Source: an uncultured Clostridia bacterium (GTDB lineage Bacteria > Bacillota > Clostridia > TANB77 > CAG-508). From it: a stretch of 64,000 nt of DNA. The notes beneath the pieces were generated by a model that saw only the letters and a program-made list of their open reading frames with translations, was not told the DNA's origin and did no database searches. Below are positions 9,734 to 20,169 of the stretch, one piece after another (the first letter of the stretch is position 1; each line of letters starts with the position of its first letter). The stretch covers positions 4,223 to 68,222 of the forward strand of contig CAQUBD010000004.1 in NCBI GenBank assembly GCA_948891265.1. Direction: 5' to 3'. Position numbers and translations under genes: made by a program.

Positions 9734-10189
9734 CTATTGTTCCTCTTGTACTACTGGGAAACCATCAGTTTCTTCAACATCACTTGTTTTGTAAATTGTT
9801 AACTTATCCTTTAAGAATTCTCCAGCTGTAATTGCATCTGTTGTTAATACGCAATTTCCTTGTAAAATTCTAACAAGTGGTTTGCCTTCTGTTGCAGCAG
9901 TGTTAGAAGGCATTTCAAAGAACCAATAAAGTGCTTTTCCTTTTAAAGCTCTTAATGTTTTATGTTGTGTGTGTGTAAATAGAATTGGTATTTCTACTGT
10001 ACCTGCTTTTTTGATACCTGGTCTTGCAATTTCATAATCTAAGTCCAAAACTGTTGCTGTAATTTGTTCTGGTGCTTCTTCTAATGCTGGTATCTCCTCA
10101 GTAAATGCAACTTGTGTCCTTTCTCCTGTTTTTGTTTCTGAATAATACACTTTTGCTAAAGTGCTAATGTCTGGTGTTTCTCCTGCCAT
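9734..10189 (-). CDS. major tail protein, TP901-1/phi13-like (non-contractile tail)
   Basis: ..EEIPALEEAPEQITATVLDLDYEIARPGIKKAGTVEIPILF.. resembles the major tail protein family. ATG at 10189 (MAGETPD..) follows AAAGGAGG. No sheath gene nearby. Confidence 0.6.
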   Translation of the reverse strand: MAGETPDISTLAKVYYSETKTGERTQVAFTEEIPALEEAPEQITATVLDLDYEIARPGIKKAGTVEIPILFTHTQHKTLRALKGKALYWFFEMPSNTAATEGKPLVRILQGNCVLTTDAITAGEFLKDKLTIYKTSDVEETDGFPVVQEEQ

Positions 10190-10209
10190 TTTAATTCCTC
10201 CTTTATTTT

Positions 10210-10617
10210 TTATTTTATATATATAAATGAGTTTGTTAGTGATTCCCAACGCACTCCATATATAACTGTTAAATTATATTTTTTTAATGTGTCATCATAA
10301 ACTATTGATTGAGTACTTGTCCTTAATATATTTCTTTCTTGTAATATCTTATCTGTATCGTCTAATATTTGCATACACTTTTCTTGATTGTCTGCCCAAT
10401 GCTCTATTGAAATCTTAAATTCCTTCAATAGTGGCTTTCCATCTTCTGCTTTTAATACACTATCTAATGGTGTATTAATGAATTTACATGGAAATGTACT
10501 TTCTACATTTGGCTTTTGTAAAATTACTTCTGTAGTATTGTTAATACCTTCTTGTATTTTTGATAAGTCTTCATATAATAAATTCCACATATCTTTTGTT
10601 GTAAATTCTTCTTTCAT
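10210..10617 (-). CDS. hypothetical phage protein in the tail-completion/terminator position
   Basis: ORF immediately upstream of the major tail gene; no motif recognised. Confidence 0.3.
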   Translation of the reverse strand: MKEEFTTKDMWNLLYEDLSKIQEGINNTTEVILQKPNVESTFPCKFINTPLDSVLKAEDGKPLLKEFKISIEHWADNQEKCMQILDDTDKILQERNILRTSTQSIVYDDTLKKYNLTVIYGVRWESLTNSFIYIK

Positions 10618-10728
10618 TAACTTTCCTCCTTAAAATAAATCTTTTTATCTTATCCACTTTTACTGTTTGAATTATACTATATATATCTATAGATTAATAT
10701 GTACTATACTATGAAATCTTTATGAATT

Positions 10729-11208
10729 TTAGATATTTATCATATTGTTAGTTGCTTTTTCTATTATTTTTTGTATATATCTTGGTGTACATATTCTTTC
10801 ATACATTTCATAATATAATGTTCTACTAATATTCTCTGCTGTTCTTCCATCTATATAATATGCTACTAACAATTCTCTTTCTTTGTATTTTAATCCTATT
10901 AACCTATCTTCAACTGTTTCTACTTTTTCTTTTAATTCTTGTATTATCTTTTCTATCTCATCTATTTCTTTTTGTGTTTTTATTCTCTTTTCTTCATTTT
11001 CTTCTACTATTTGTAATACTTTATCACTTATTTGATTATTGCTATGTATTTCTCCATTTTGTTCGTATGAACTTATTAATTTCGTTTCTTTACCTTCGTA
11101 ATTTTCTATAAAAAGCTTTTTCTGATTTAATTCTTTTTGCTTAATTTTTAATCTTGCTTTGTTTTGTTTATATTCTTTTAATAATTCAATTATCGTTTCT
11201 CTTGTCAT
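10729..11208 (-). CDS. ArpU/RinA-like late-gene transcriptional activator (sigma-70 region-4-like HTH)
   Basis: Coiled-coil N-terminus and C-terminal ..RELLVAYYIDGRTAENISRTLYY.., typical of phage late activators; heads the structural operon. Confidence 0.45.
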   Translation of the reverse strand: MTRETIIELLKEYKQNKARLKIKQKELNQKKLFIENYEGKETKLISSYEQNGEIHSNNQISDKVLQIVEENEEKRIKTQKEIDEIEKIIQELKEKVETVEDRLIGLKYKERELLVAYYIDGRTAENISRTLYYEMYERICTPRYIQKIIEKATNNMINI

Positions 11209-11346
11209 TTTTTCTATACTCCTTTATTTTAGATTTTCTATTCTTAAGTCACTTAATACTTGACACTTTTACGGAATATTCTTAAAATCTTTATATATAA
11301 TATTTAAGAAGCATCTAAGCTCTTACACTGTTAGATCTTGTTTATA

Positions 11347-11595
11347 CTAATCCTCTAATTCTTCTTGAATGTCATAATATAAGTCATTAATTAGTGTTTC
11401 TAATATGTCTAACATTCTTATATTTTTATGAATATCATTTGATTCTCCTAAATCTCTTAAGTTTGATAATTTTTCATATATATCTTGCTTTAATTCATAA
11501 TTTTCTTTTTGTAATAACTTTATTATCTTTTCCTTTTGTTCTATTACTTCCTTCTGTTCTTCACTTTGTCTTCTGTAATATGCTAACAGGTCCAT
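11347..11595 (-). CDS. hypothetical 82-aa coiled-coil protein
   Basis: ORF only; divergent from the XRE gene. Confidence 0.3.
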   Translation of the reverse strand: MDLLAYYRRQSEEQKEVIEQKEKIIKLLQKENYELKQDIYEKLSNLRDLGESNDIHKNIRMLDILETLINDLYYDIQEELED

Positions 11596-11827
11596 TATTA
11601 TTCATCTCCTTTTTCACTTTTAGTGATATCTTTGATAAAAAAAATATCTTTTATTTTCATATTATTGCAACTTTCCTTTTTATCTTCTTCATCTCCTTTC
11701 TGTAATTTCACTCATAGTATATATAACTTTTCAAAATTTGTCAACACTTAGAGTGAATTTTTTATTATTTTTCTTACTTAAAGTCATGTATTCATTGATA
11801 CTCTAAGCAAGATTTTTTCAAAAAATG

Positions 11828-11856
11828 TTTACAATAATGCACCTAAAGTGTATAAT
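11828..11856 (+). promoter_or_regulatory. sigma-A-type promoter for the XRE regulator
   Basis: TTTACA (11828-11833), 17 nt spacer, TATAAT (11851-11856); 30 nt upstream of the ATG. Confidence 0.5.
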
Positions 11857-11885
11857 ATATATAAGATTTTTTAGGAAGTGATTTT

Positions 11886-12212
11886 ATGAATAGAATAAAA
11901 CAATTAAGAATAGAAAAGTCCTGGACTCAAACAGAGTTAGCTGATAGACTATCATGTGCAATTAGTAGTATTGCAATGTATGAAACTGGAGCTAGAAAGC
12001 CTAGTTTAGAAGTCCTTATAAAATTATCAGAAATTTTTAATTGCAGTATAGATTATTTATTATACAAATCTGAAATAAGAAATTATGATAAAGATGAGCA
12101 AGAGTTTCGTTCTTCTTATCAGAAGGAAATGGATGGATTAACAGAACAAGAAATTGCTGATGCTTTACGTTTCTATAAAGAAATGAAAAAAAGAGTTAGC
12201 GAAAAAAAATAA
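11886..12212 (+). CDS. XRE-family helix-turn-helix regulator (cI-like, no peptidase domain)
   Basis: MNRIKQLRIEKSWTQTELADRLSCAISSIAMYETGARKPSLEVLIKLSEIFNCSIDYLL is a canonical HTH_XRE domain. Confidence 0.8.
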   Translation: MNRIKQLRIEKSWTQTELADRLSCAISSIAMYETGARKPSLEVLIKLSEIFNCSIDYLLYKSEIRNYDKDEQEFRSSYQKEMDGLTEQEIADALRFYKEMKKRVSEKK

Positions 12213-12250
12213 CATATATCAATTGTTTGATATATGTTTTTTTACATATT

Positions 12251-12327
12251 TGGTAGCGAAGGGGAGATTCGAACTCTCGACCTGCCGGGTATGAACCGGA
12301 TGCTCTAGCCAACTGAGCTACTTCGCC
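12251..12327 (-). tRNA. tRNA-Met (CAT), elongator type, CCA-encoded
   Basis: Reverse complement GGCGAAGTAGCTCAGTTGGCTAGAGCATCCGGTTCATACCCGGCAGGTCGAGAGTTCGAATCTCCCCTTCGCTACCA folds as a cloverleaf with loop UUCAUAC. Could also be tRNA-Ile2 if lysidinylated. Confidence 0.85.
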
Positions 12328-12475
12328 ATTTTGAATTACGTTATTTATTATACATTGTGTTTGGTGTTTTGTCAAGATAAAAATACAATAAATTGTAATT
12401 CTTTTTTCAAATTTCTGTTATAGTTTACAGTTCATATACTTTAAAGATTATACTAAAAAATATTTTACATTACTG

Positions 12476-13177
12476 TTACTTTAATAATTCATTCAAGATG
12501 ATAGCACATCTTTTAGAGGCTAACTTTACAAATTCATCAAAAACAATTGCATTATTTCCATTTGGCGAATCTGAGATACTTCTAATAACAGCAACAGGAA
12601 TTTTATCTAAATAACAAACTTGTGCTATCGCTGCGCCTTCCATTTCTACACATTCTGCATTAAATTTTGAATATATCTTGTTTTTCATATCTATATCTGT
12701 ACAAAATATATCCCCAGATGCAATTGTTCCTATTTTTGCCTTGTATGCTTTATCGTCTATTTTCTTTATTATTTTCTCCAATTTTTGTACTATTTCCTTA
12801 TCACAACTGATATAATCTCCTACACCTGTAATAAAACCTTTTTTGTGATTAAATGCAGTTATATCAAAATCATGTTGTATTACCTTATCTGCAATTACTA
12901 TATCTCCTATATCTAATAGTGGATTTAATGCTCCTGCAGATCCTACATTTATTACATATTCTACATTTAATTTGTCAATTAATATTTGTGTTATTCTTGC
13001 TGCATTTACTTTACCTACTCCACATTTTACAGCTACTACATGATGTTCTCCTATATTCCCTTCAATAAATAATATATTATATATTTCTTTTTCCTCTATA
13101 TCTTCCATTATATTAAGTACTTCATCAAGTTCCTCTTGCATAGCTACAATTATTCCAATATTATTCATAATTCCCAT
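12476..13177 (-). CDS. mtnN: 5'-methylthioadenosine/S-adenosylhomocysteine nucleosidase
   Basis: IGIIVAMQEE.., VGSAGAL, ECVEMEGAAIAQV motifs of the PNP_UDP_1/MTAN family. Confidence 0.85.
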   Translation of the reverse strand: MGIMNNIGIIVAMQEELDEVLNIMEDIEEKEIYNILFIEGNIGEHHVVAVKCGVGKVNAARITQILIDKLNVEYVINVGSAGALNPLLDIGDIVIADKVIQHDFDITAFNHKKGFITGVGDYISCDKEIVQKLEKIIKKIDDKAYKAKIGTIASGDIFCTDIDMKNKIYSKFNAECVEMEGAAIAQVCYLDKIPVAVIRSISDSPNGNNAIVFDEFVKLASKRCAIILNELLK

Positions 13178-13198
13178 TTCCTCTTTATTATATACTAT

Positions 13199-13226
13199 AA
13201 AAGGTCGTAATAATACGACCTTTTAA
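13199..13226 (-). terminator. rho-independent terminator after rplL
   Basis: AAAAGGTCGTA-TTATT-ACGACCTTTT on the minus strand. Confidence 0.7.
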
Positions 13227-13232
13227 AAATTA

Positions 13233-13601
13233 TTATTGTAATTCAACAACAGCTCCAACTTCTGTAAATTTAGCTTTTAAGTCTTCAGCTTCGTCTTTAG
13301 AAACGTTTTCTTTAACTGTTTTTGGTGCTCCGTCTACTAATTCTTTAGCTTCTTTTAATCCTAATCCTGTAGCATCTCTAACTACTTTGATTACTTTTAT
13401 TTTTTGATCTCCAGCTTCTGTTAATACAACATTGAATGATGTTTTTTCAGCTGCTGCTTCTCCTCCAGCTACTGCTCCAGCTGCTGGTGCAGCTGCTGCT
13501 ACTGCAGATACTCCAAATTCTTCTTCTATAGCTTTTACTAAGTCTGCTAATTCTACTACTGTCATTTTTTTGATTTCTTCAATCATTTCTTCTTTACTCA
13601 T
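13233..13601 (-). CDS. rplL: 50S ribosomal protein L7/L12
   Basis: ..[21 protein letters not shown].., Ala-rich hinge, ..[16 protein letters not shown].. Confidence 0.97.
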   Translation of the reverse strand: MSKEEMIEEIKKMTVVELADLVKAIEEEFGVSAVAAAAPAAGAVAGGEAAAEKTSFNVVLTEAGDQKIKVIKVVRDATGLGLKEAKELVDGAPKTVKENVSKDEAEDLKAKFTEVGAVVELQ

Positions 13602-13663
13602 TTTTTAATCCTCCTATTTTTTACTTTTTACGATATAAGTTCGCTACTCTAATTATTTTTTAA

Positions 13664-14197
13664 TTAAGCTTCTGCTTCTGTTGCAGATCCTTCTTCTTTT
13701 TGAATTCTTACTTGATCAATTGCAACTGCAAATTTTTGAATATTTGCAAGTAATGCTCCAGCAAGCATAGATAGTAAAGTTTCTTTTGATGGTAATTTTG
13801 CTAAAGTTATTATTTCTTCAGCTGTCATTACTTTACCTTCTACAACTCCGCCTTTGATTTTGTAATATTCATTTTTCTTTGTAAATTCATAAATTGCTTT
13901 AGATGGTTCTAAGTAATCTTCACTACTCATTATAACAGCTGTTGGTCCTACTAATTTGTCTTCTAACCCATTAATTCCAGCTTCTTCTAATGCTCTTTTT
14001 GTTATGTTATTTTTTATAACTGTATATTCTGTATTAGATTTTCTTAATTCAGCTCTTAATCCAGTAACATCTTCAACATTTATTCCTCTGTAGTCTGTTA
14101 AAAGTACTAATTTAGCTTCTTTGATTTTGTTAGCTAATTTTGTTACTTCTTCTTTCTTTTGATTTAATATTTTTTCACTTGCCATTTTTGTTTTCAC
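13664..14197 (-). CDS. rplJ: 50S ribosomal protein L10
   Basis: Homology pattern and position upstream of rplL. Confidence 0.95.
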   Translation of the reverse strand: MKTKMASEKILNQKKEEVTKLANKIKEAKLVLLTDYRGINVEDVTGLRAELRKSNTEYTVIKNNITKRALEEAGINGLEDKLVGPTAVIMSSEDYLEPSKAIYEFTKKNEYYKIKGGVVEGKVMTAEEIITLAKLPSKETLLSMLAGALLANIQKFAVAIDQVRIQKEEGSATEAEA

Positions 14198-14421
14198 CTC
14201 CTAGGGTTTTATTTTATATATGTATACAAAATCACTTTGTAATTTTGTATAAGTTATCTGTATCTTGCAGTGCTTCGAACAGCTAACTTAATAGCACTCT
14301 TTATATCCAATCCGAGATTATAAAGAGTGCCTTTTATTACACTTTATTATATAACCTCGGTAGGACTTAATTTTTGCCTACTGTCTTTGGCTTAATATTA
14401 TATTAAATTTGTATTTATTAA
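14198..14421 (-). promoter_or_regulatory. probable L10 (rplJ) autoregulatory leader
   Basis: A 224-nt relatively GC-enriched gap upstream of rplJ. 12-bp stem GCACTCTTTATA (14294-14305) / TATAAAGAGTGC (14319-14330) and a GTAGG/CCTAC hairpin. Not checked against a covariance model. Confidence 0.45.
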
Positions 14422-15108
14422 TTATTTTTGGTTAATAAATATACTTGGTCCCATTGTTGTTGTTATAGCAACACTTCTTATATATTGACCTTTAGCTGCT
14501 GCTGGTTTCGCTTTTATTATAGCATTCATTATTGTGTCATAGTTTTCAGCTAATTTTTCTGTTCCAAAAGATACTTTTCCAAATCCTAAGTGAATTATAT
14601 TTGTTTTATCTAATCTATATTCAACTTTACCAGATTTGATTTCGTTTATAGCTTTTGTAACGTCCATTGTAACTGTTCCAGATTTAGGGTTTGGCATTAA
14701 TCCTTTTGGTCCTAATACTTTACCTAATCTACCTACAACTCCCATCATATCAGGTGTTGCAACTACCACATCATAATCAAACCATCCATCATTTTGAATT
14801 TTTGGTATTAATTCTTCTGCTCCAACAAAGTCTGCTCCTGCTTTTTCAGCTTCTTCAGCTTTTGGTCCTTTTGCAAATACTAAAACTTTTTGTGTTTTAC
14901 CTGTACCATTAGGAAGTACTACTGTACCTCTAACTTGTTGATCAGCATGTTTTGAATCTACACCTAATTTAACATGTAATTCAACAGTTTCATCAAATTT
15001 TGCTTTAGGCATTTTTTCTATTAATTCTAAAGCTTCTTTTACTTCATATTCTTTGTTTTTCTCAACTAATTTTGAGCTTTCAGCATATCTTTTTGCTAAT
15101 TTTTTCAT
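14422..15108 (-). CDS. rplA: 50S ribosomal protein L1
   Basis: Full-length L1 pattern (..[13 protein letters not shown]..). Confidence 0.97.
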   Translation of the reverse strand: MKKLAKRYAESSKLVEKNKEYEVKEALELIEKMPKAKFDETVELHVKLGVDSKHADQQVRGTVVLPNGTGKTQKVLVFAKGPKAEEAEKAGADFVGAEELIPKIQNDGWFDYDVVVATPDMMGVVGRLGKVLGPKGLMPNPKSGTVTMDVTKAINEIKSGKVEYRLDKTNIIHLGFGKVSFGTEKLAENYDTIMNAIIKAKPAAAKGQYIRSVAITTTMGPSIFINQK

Positions 15109-15184
15109 TTTTTACCTCCTTTGGTTCTAACGAGTTTTACTCTCCCAATTAATTATATTTATTTTAAAACAATTCAAAATTGTT

Positions 15185-15613
15185 TTAGTCAACAACTACT
15201 ACACCCATAGATCTAGCAGTTCCTTCTACCATGCTCATCGCTGTTTCTAATGTTGCTGCATTTAAATCTGGCATTTTTTGTTCAGCTATAGCTTTAACTT
15301 GTTCTTTAGTTATTTTAGCTACTTTGTCTTTATTTGGTTTTCCTGAACCTTTTTCAATTTTTATTGCTTTCTTTATTAAAACTGCAACTGGTGGAACTTT
15401 TGTTATAAATTCAAAAGATTTGTCTTTATATACTGTTATAACAACTGGTATTATCATTCCAGGTTGATTTGCTGTTCTATCATTAAATTCTTTTACGAAT
15501 TGCATAATATTAACACCACTTGATCCTAATGCAGGTCCTACTGGTGGAGCTGGTGTTGCTTTTCCTGCTTCTATTTGTAATTTAATTATATTTGAAATTT
15601 CTTTTTCTGCCAT
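15185..15613 (-). CDS. rplK: 50S ribosomal protein L11
   Basis: ..[21 protein letters not shown].. Confidence 0.97.
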   Translation of the reverse strand: MAEKEISNIIKLQIEAGKATPAPPVGPALGSSGVNIMQFVKEFNDRTANQPGMIIPVVITVYKDKSFEFITKVPPVAVLIKKAIKIEKGSGKPNKDKVAKITKEQVKAIAEQKMPDLNAATLETAMSMVEGTARSMGVVVVD

Positions 15614-15654
15614 TTTATTGGCACCTCCTCTAAATTTTCATAATCTTGTTTTTA

Positions 15655-16191
15655 TTATTGAATTTTTTTAACTTGTGAGAACTCAAGTTCTACTGGTGTT
15701 TCTCTTCCAAACATTGATACTAAAACTTTTACTTTGTGTTTTTCTTTACTTATTTCTTGAACTGTTCCTACAAAACCTTCGAATGGTCCATTCATAACTT
15801 CTACTTGTTCATTAAGTTCATAATCAACATTTATTTCAGACATATCAAATCCCATATTTCTTATTTCATCATCTGTCAATGGTATTGGGTCTGTTCCTGA
15901 ACCAACAAAACCTGTTACTCCTCTAGTATTTCTTACTATGTACCATGTTTCTTCAGTTACTATCATTTTTATTAAAACATATCCTGGAAAAACCTTTTTC
16001 AAATTTGTTTTTCTCTTTCCATCTTTAATTTCTATTTGTTCTTCCATTGGAACGATGATTTCAAAAAAATATTCTTCAAGTTCTCTATTTTTTATTGTAT
16101 TTTCTAAATCTGTTTTTACTTTGTTTTCATATCCTGAATATGTATGTACAACATACCATCTAGGATTCATATCATAATCTTTTTGAGACAT
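15655..16191 (-). CDS. nusG: transcription termination/antitermination factor NusG
   Basis: ..[14 protein letters not shown].. NGN domain and C-terminal KOW. Confidence 0.95.
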   Translation of the reverse strand: MSQKDYDMNPRWYVVHTYSGYENKVKTDLENTIKNRELEEYFFEIIVPMEEQIEIKDGKRKTNLKKVFPGYVLIKMIVTEETWYIVRNTRGVTGFVGSGTDPIPLTDDEIRNMGFDMSEINVDYELNEQVEVMNGPFEGFVGTVQEISKEKHKVKVLVSMFGRETPVELEFSQVKKIQ

Positions 16192-16252
16192 TTTGCTTTA
16201 AGCCTCCTTCGATATTTATTTAGACCTCTAAAATTATTCTTCTATCTTATCT

Positions 16253-16579
16253 TTATTCTACACTATTATTAGTTTCTTCTATATTTTCTGAAACTTCGTT
16301 ATTTGAGTCAATTGTTTCATTACTTGAATTAGTTACTTCATTATTAGATTGATTAGTAACCATTGTTTTTACCTTGTCAATTCCATATTTATTCATTGAT
16401 TCAAATGTAACGTCTAGTATGAATACTATTATTGCTGTAATAATAACTATTGATAATACAGCTATTGTATTATTGAATAATTGTTTTGGTGTTGGCCAAA
16501 TTACTTTTTTTAATTCTGCTTTAAAGCTTTTAATGAAACTTGTTTTATCTTTAATATTTTTTTCTTCTTTTTTAGCCAT
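16253..16579 (-). CDS. secE: preprotein translocase subunit SecE with an acidic Asn/Ser-rich C-terminal tail
   Basis: ..FKAELKKVIWPTPKQLFNNTIAVLSIVIITAIIVFILD.. and position between rpmG and nusG. Confidence 0.85.
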   Translation of the reverse strand: MAKKEEKNIKDKTSFIKSFKAELKKVIWPTPKQLFNNTIAVLSIVIITAIIVFILDVTFESMNKYGIDKVKTMVTNQSNNEVTNSSNETIDSNNEVSENIEETNNSVE

Positions 16580-16614
16580 TTCATTTCCTCCCTAAAATAG
16601 CTTTTATCCTATTT

Positions 16615-16779
16615 TTATTTTGTTTCTTTATGTGTTGTACGTTTCTTACAGAATTTACAATATTTAACTATTTCTAATCTATCAGTATTATTTCTTTTGT
16701 TTTTTGAAGTCATATAATTTCTTCTTTTACATTCTGTACATTCTAATGTTATATTTTCTCTTGGTCCTTTTGCTGCCAT
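16615..16779 (-). CDS. rpmG: 50S ribosomal protein L33 (54 aa; below the ORF-track size cut-off)
   Basis: Own translation: [54 protein letters not shown], with two CxxC pairs; GGAGG upstream. Confidence 0.9.
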   Translation of the reverse strand: MAAKGPRENITLECTECKRRNYMTSKNKRNNTDRLEIVKYCKFCKKRTTHKETK

Positions 16780-16917
16780 TTTAATACACCTCCGAATTAC
16801 CTTACTTTTTTATTTTTAAACGATGTGAGCATATGTCCGTAATATACATATGCTAAAGTATTTTATCACTTTTTATTTTCCATGTCAATGGATTTATGTA
16901 AAAAATATGCAAAAAAG

Positions 16918-16946
16918 TTGCAATTTTATGTTAAACATGCTATAAT
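16918..16946 (+). promoter_or_regulatory. near-consensus sigma-A promoter for the 17028-17249 gene
   Basis: TTGCAA, 17 nt spacer, TATAAT. Confidence 0.55.
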
Positions 16947-17027
16947 AAATATAATTCTTTTAATAATTCCTCGCTTTTTCAGGAGGTCTCACTGGCAATT
17001 ATCAAAAAAATGAGGGAGGAAAAAATT

Positions 17028-17249
17028 ATGATGTATAACGAATTAGCAATGGACAAAGCTATGGAACTGTCAGGAAGAAACACAGAATGTTTAATTATCT
17101 TATGCAAGCTCATAAAATTCGTTTCAGGCCTTGAAGTTTTTTTCCTTCAGAAGTTGGAAAACTTAGGTCTGGACGATACAGAGATTGTCACTCTCTTTAA
17201 CACTTGTAACAATGACATCAGCACATTAGCACAGAACTTACTCAGTTAA
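17028..17249 (+). CDS. hypothetical small protein (73 aa from the MMYNELAMDK start); locally GC-richer than surroundings
   Basis: GAGGGAGG 8 nt upstream of the ATG at 17028; followed by a terminator; no recognisable family. Confidence 0.4.
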   Translation: MMYNELAMDKAMELSGRNTECLIILCKLIKFVSGLEVFFLQKLENLGLDDTEIVTLFNTCNNDISTLAQNLLS

Positions 17250-17270
17250 TTGCTAATCATAATCAGAAAG

Positions 17271-17300
17271 AAATGGGTTCCTGAATAGGGACCCATTTTT
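17271..17300. terminator. hairpin terminator between convergent genes
   Basis: AAATGGGTTCC-TGAATA-GGGACCCATTTTT. Confidence 0.7.
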
Positions 17301-17328
17301 AAAATAGTTTTTAGTATTTAGGTTGTTT

Positions 17329-18984
17329 TTATATATGTTGCAATATTTTCCCTTTATCTATAGCTATTGTTTCATCAGCTATATCAATCAATTCTTTTTT
17401 GTGAGTTATTACAATAATTGTATGATTATTTTTTAATTCTTTTAATAAATTAATAACACTTTTAATTTTCTCTCTATCTAATGATGATGTTGCTTCATCA
17501 AAGATTAATATCTTAGATTCTTTCAGCAAGGTTCTTGCTAGTGAAAGAAGCCTTTTTTGACCACCAGAGATATTATGAGAGTTTTCATCTATTATTGTAT
17601 CATATCCTTTTGGTAAACTTTTAATAAATTTATCTATTCCCACAAACTTACATATTTCTTCTTGTTTCTTTATATCTTTATTTATCAAATTAAAGTTTTC
17701 TCTAATGCTTATATTAAACAAATATGTATCTTGGTTTAGAATTGATATTTCATTTAAATATGATTTTTTATCGATATTATTAATATTAATATCATCTATT
17801 AATATTTCTCCTTTTTTTGGACAATATAATTGTAATATCAAATTAATAATTGTTGTTTTGCCAGCTCCATTAGTGCCAACTATTGCTGTTATTTTATTAG
17901 GCTTAATTGTAAAATTTAAATTTTCTAAAAATTTTTCATTGTTATAAGAAAAGAATACATTTTTAAATTCTATTTTTCCTATTGTATTCTTTATCTTCTT
18001 TAGTTTTGTTTCTTTTATATTATTATATTCTAGTATATCTCTAATTCTATTTACAGATATATTTTGTTCCCTAATTGATTGATTTGCATTCATAATAGTT
18101 TCGCTGGATGAAAATAAAGAATCAAAATATGAAATTATAATTAGCATTACGCCTATAGTCATATGATTGTTTATTATTAAGTTCATACATAAAAAATAAA
18201 CTATTGTCTTAATTATAACTAAAAAACATTTTAAAATTGCTCTTCTATGCCTTTCATATTTCTTTTTATTATTATATATTTTTCTCCACTTCTCATATAT
18301 TAAATTATATTTTTCATTTATCGAATCAGAAAAATCTAAAGTTTGAATATCTCTTAATCCCAACAAAGTTTGATTTGTTAATCCAATTAATTTATCATTT
18401 TCATTTTTTTGTTTTTTTGAATACTTAATAATCATATTATTTAAATAATTGCTTCTTGCTATATAAATTATATTAACTATAATTATAAACATTGCTAAAA
18501 AGATATTTATTTTAAAAAAATAAAACAAAACTACAATACATTCTAAAGTATGAAAAATAATCGCTAAAATATTGTCAGCCATTTCTCCAATATTTACAAT
18601 ATCACTTATTAAACTATTAATCATTTTACCTGTTGATATCTTCTTTTTATAATCTTCATCAAAACAATATATTTCTTTAACTATTTTTTTATATATAGTT
18701 ATATAATTGTTTTGATAAAAATCTTGATACGCATACATAGTAAAATAAGATGTTATACTATTAATCATCTTTAAAATAAAATATATTATAATACTAACTA
18801 TAGAAGCAATGTACAATGAATCTGTTACAGATTCTGTTATTTTAGCAACAAATATAGGAATCACTAATTCCAATATAGCATTTAGAAAATTCCCTATATA
18901 ATATGGAATAAGTTTTTTCTTATCTTCATTTATTAAATTATAATAATTTTTTACTATTTCTTTAAATTCATTTATCATTTTCAT
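17329..18984 (-). CDS. ABC exporter, fused permease/ATPase (551 aa)
   Basis: Six-TM N-terminal half, then Walker A GTNGAGKTT, signature LSGGQKR, Walker B ILIFDEATS. Confidence 0.85.
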   Translation of the reverse strand: MKMINEFKEIVKNYYNLINEDKKKLIPYYIGNFLNAILELVIPIFVAKITESVTDSLYIASIVSIIIYFILKMINSITSYFTMYAYQDFYQNNYITIYKKIVKEIYCFDEDYKKKISTGKMINSLISDIVNIGEMADNILAIIFHTLECIVVLFYFFKINIFLAMFIIIVNIIYIARSNYLNNMIIKYSKKQKNENDKLIGLTNQTLLGLRDIQTLDFSDSINEKYNLIYEKWRKIYNNKKKYERHRRAILKCFLVIIKTIVYFLCMNLIINNHMTIGVMLIIISYFDSLFSSSETIMNANQSIREQNISVNRIRDILEYNNIKETKLKKIKNTIGKIEFKNVFFSYNNEKFLENLNFTIKPNKITAIVGTNGAGKTTIINLILQLYCPKKGEILIDDININNIDKKSYLNEISILNQDTYLFNISIRENFNLINKDIKKQEEICKFVGIDKFIKSLPKGYDTIIDENSHNISGGQKRLLSLARTLLKESKILIFDEATSSLDREKIKSVINLLKELKNNHTIIVITHKKELIDIADETIAIDKGKILQHI

Positions 18985-19044
18985 ATCAATCTAATTATCT
19001 CAAAGAAGTAATAAAAAAACTTGATATTTTAACATTAAAAAATA

Positions 19045-19825
19045 TCAAGTAATTGGTATTAAAATCTCTACAAAATCATCATAATATATCTCAATCCTAG
19101 GCATATCTAATAATTTATAATTTAATGACTTAATGTATTCTTTTATGCCTTTATTTATATTATTAATTATGTCATTAGAATTAAAATTAGTTGTTTTTAT
19201 TGCAAAATAATCACATTTTTTTATATTTATTTTTTTAGAACTGCCAAATTTCTTATCTAATAAACAATAATATGAAATATCTCCGTCTTTTATCTAAGAA
19301 ACCATATCGCTTATTATTAGTAAATTCAGGGTACTTTAATTTTATATCTTTCCAAAAGTCAATTATTTCTTTACTTCTATTATTATAATCAACCTTTTTT
19401 GCAACAAAGTACAAATTAAACTCTTTATTTTTATAAATTTTATAGTTTATATTATAATTTTTTATACTTTCTCTAAATATAATTTTATTAAACAATTTAA
19501 GTTCTTTACTATTTTTTAAATCTTTTGGAGTAACTCCCTCAAATTTTTTAAATGCTCTATTGTAACTAGATGGCGAACTATATAGATATTTATAAGAAAC
19601 ATCTGTTATACTTTCTCCATTTAATATATCAGTAACTGAAAGACTTAATCTGCGTAATCTAATATATTCATTTATCGTTGTACCTGTTAAACAAGTAAAT
19701 ACATTTTTTAGAGCATTATTATTTAAACCTATAAGATGTGCTAATTCTGAAATAGTTATTTTATCTAAAATATGTTCTTCTATATAATCAGTTACCCTAT
19801 TTAGTTCATTATAAATATTGTACAT
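19045..19825 (-). CDS. AraC-family regulator with GyrI-like effector domain, 259 aa if the in-frame CGG at 19283-19285 is bypassed by +1
   Basis: N-terminal AraC HTH (..ISELAHLIGLNNNALKNVF..YIRLRRL..). The track ORF ends 10 codons after AGA-CGG-AGA. Skipping the C adds 79 aa (GDISYYCLLDKKFG..IEIYYDDFVEILIPIT) and the stop then falls inside a hairpin plus T7 terminator (19013-19048). Confidence 0.6.
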
Positions 19826-20051
19826 AAGTATTCACCTCGCATTCATGATATAATGATTATATCAGATTTTTTTATAATATGATATCACTTTCTTTGATTT
19901 TTTGTCTATGAACTTTGGATTTGCTACAAGTCCTAACCCAGTAAGATTAAATTAAGTAGACTTTATTAAAAATAAAAAAACGATCGTCTAAAATAAAGAA
20001 TATACTTAATTTGATAGATACTACTAGTGGTAAATGATAGTAAATTTGAAA

Positions 20052-20141
20052 AATACTGATCCTTTAAAATGGACAGGACTTATGAATAATTATAAGCATA
20101 CAGCTGAAGAAATTATATTTAGAGAGTTTATTTATGATTAA
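20052..20141 (+). pseudogene. 3'-terminal relic of a TnpV-like transposon gene
   Basis: NTDPLKWTGLMNNYKHTAEEIIFREFIYD* resembles the conserved C-terminus of TnpV proteins of Tn4451-type elements. Stops immediately upstream; hairpin follows. Confidence 0.4.
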
Positions 20142-20169
20142 AATAGAGCAGTTTTAATTCTACTCTATT

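Noticed and set aside
1-12250. Interpretation as a complete prophage
   Set aside because: No capsid, portal, terminase, replication or integrase genes lie between the regulatory genes and the tail genes. Only a tail module is visible in the window.
17010-17027. Track start MREEKI for the small plus-strand gene
   Set aside because: GAGGGAGG forms part of those codons and is correctly spaced for the ATG at 17028.
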